A stretch of DNA of 63,669 bases, filler included, from Reticulomyxa filosa (taxonomy: Eukaryota; Protista; Foraminifera), in assembly GCA_000512085.1 (NCBI GenBank). It is 29 parts of 29 records of this genome, joined end to end, with 100 filler letters (N's around TTAATTAATTAA, not from the genome) between each part and the next. Parts side by side here need not be neighbours in the genome. Positions count along the whole stretch, not along the records: positions 62,473 to 63,669 come from ASPP01025069.1; 28 more parts are not named here. One strand, written 5' to 3'. Shown one piece after another: positions 63,000 to 63,669 of this stretch. The notes below the pieces were generated by a model, which worked only from the letters and a program-made list of their open reading frames with translations, searched no databases and was not told the DNA's origin. The position numbers and the translations under genes are program-made. The first letter of the stretch is position 1, and every line of letters starts with the position of its first letter.

Positions 63000-63400
63000 C
63001 GATGATTATAGTAATGATCTGATGCAAATTTATTGTTATCGATATTTTGTACACGAACTGTATTGTATCTTCAGTGAATGCGTATTGTATTAGCACTTGA
63101 ACACGATACAATTGTTTGACCATCTGGAAAATATTTTGTATCATTCAACCATCACATGATTAGAATGTCTTTTGGATTGTTTCAGCATTCCACAAATTAG
63201 TTGTTTTTTCACCTGATGATGATACAACTGTTTTACCATTTGATGAAAATTGTGACACAACACATCTTTTGAATGTCCTAACAATTGTTTATCTTCACTA
63301 TCAATGTAATTTGTTTTCATTTGCAGTAGGAAGCATTTTTGATCTTGCAAACAAAATTTCACATTCACGTTTGAATATTACACTTGATCTTCTCATAAGG
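63000..63400 (-). pseudogene. WD40-repeat pseudogene
   Basis: LLGHSKDV, QFSSNGKTVVSSSG, FPDGQTIVS and TIQF fragments in shifting frames. Confidence 0.6.
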
Positions 63401-63612
63401 ATGAAAATGTAAAATAAGCCCTTGATGACTTTTATACATTTTTATGAATGAACAAATCACTTTGATCTAAATTTAAACATTACCAAAAAAAAGCTAGGAC
63501 ACACAAAAATTCAAAATTTATATTTTTAATTTCCTCCCTTGTTTTGATCGTTGTCATTGTTGCATGCAAGACTGACTTTTTCCAAATCCTTTAATTATAC
63601 AGAGGTTGAAAA

Positions 63613-63669
63613 GAAAACTGAACGACTAAAACGATATCCTATGATGATAATTGATTTTCTCCATGAAAA
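63613..63669 (+). repeat. Repeat family B copy (cut by the window end)
   Basis: Matches 2733-2790 and 56140-56195. Confidence 0.85.

Overview
This is not one contiguous locus. It is 29 short, unlinked assembly contigs joined by 28 artificial 100-bp spacers (a run of N, TTAATTAATTAA, a run of N), so adjacency across spacers means nothing. Most contigs come from an AT-rich, intron-containing protist genome that uses the standard genetic code. The Kelch and WD40 gene and pseudogene families, the homopolymer-rich introns and the gene style are consistent with a foraminiferan such as Reticulomyxa, which is an inference. Recognisable eukaryotic gene fragments include ANTH, REJ, uDENN, Kelch, RanBP2-ZnF, BAF60/SWIB, RPS23, trehalose-phosphate phosphatase, two Myb genes, nocturnin, BCS1, CFIm25 and a vWA-type C-terminus. 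There are also many pseudogenes (Hsp70, actin, aldo-keto reductase, SF1 helicase, WD40), LINE fragments and dispersed repeats. Three contigs are bacterial. Two are AT-rich and IS-riddled, like a decaying alphaproteobacterial symbiont: a BcgI-like restriction-modification operon cut at both ends, and a comM pseudogene plus dciA bracketed by two IS1 ends. The third is a GC-rich plasmid TraA relaxase with an extra inserted domain. I found no complete novel multi-gene system. The best leads are an unannotated GC-rich, hairpin-rich 210-nt ncRNA candidate (25671-25880), a LINE-associated ~200-bp terminal repeat, the IS-driven loss of methyltransferases in the symbiont-like contigs, and the TraA domain insertion.
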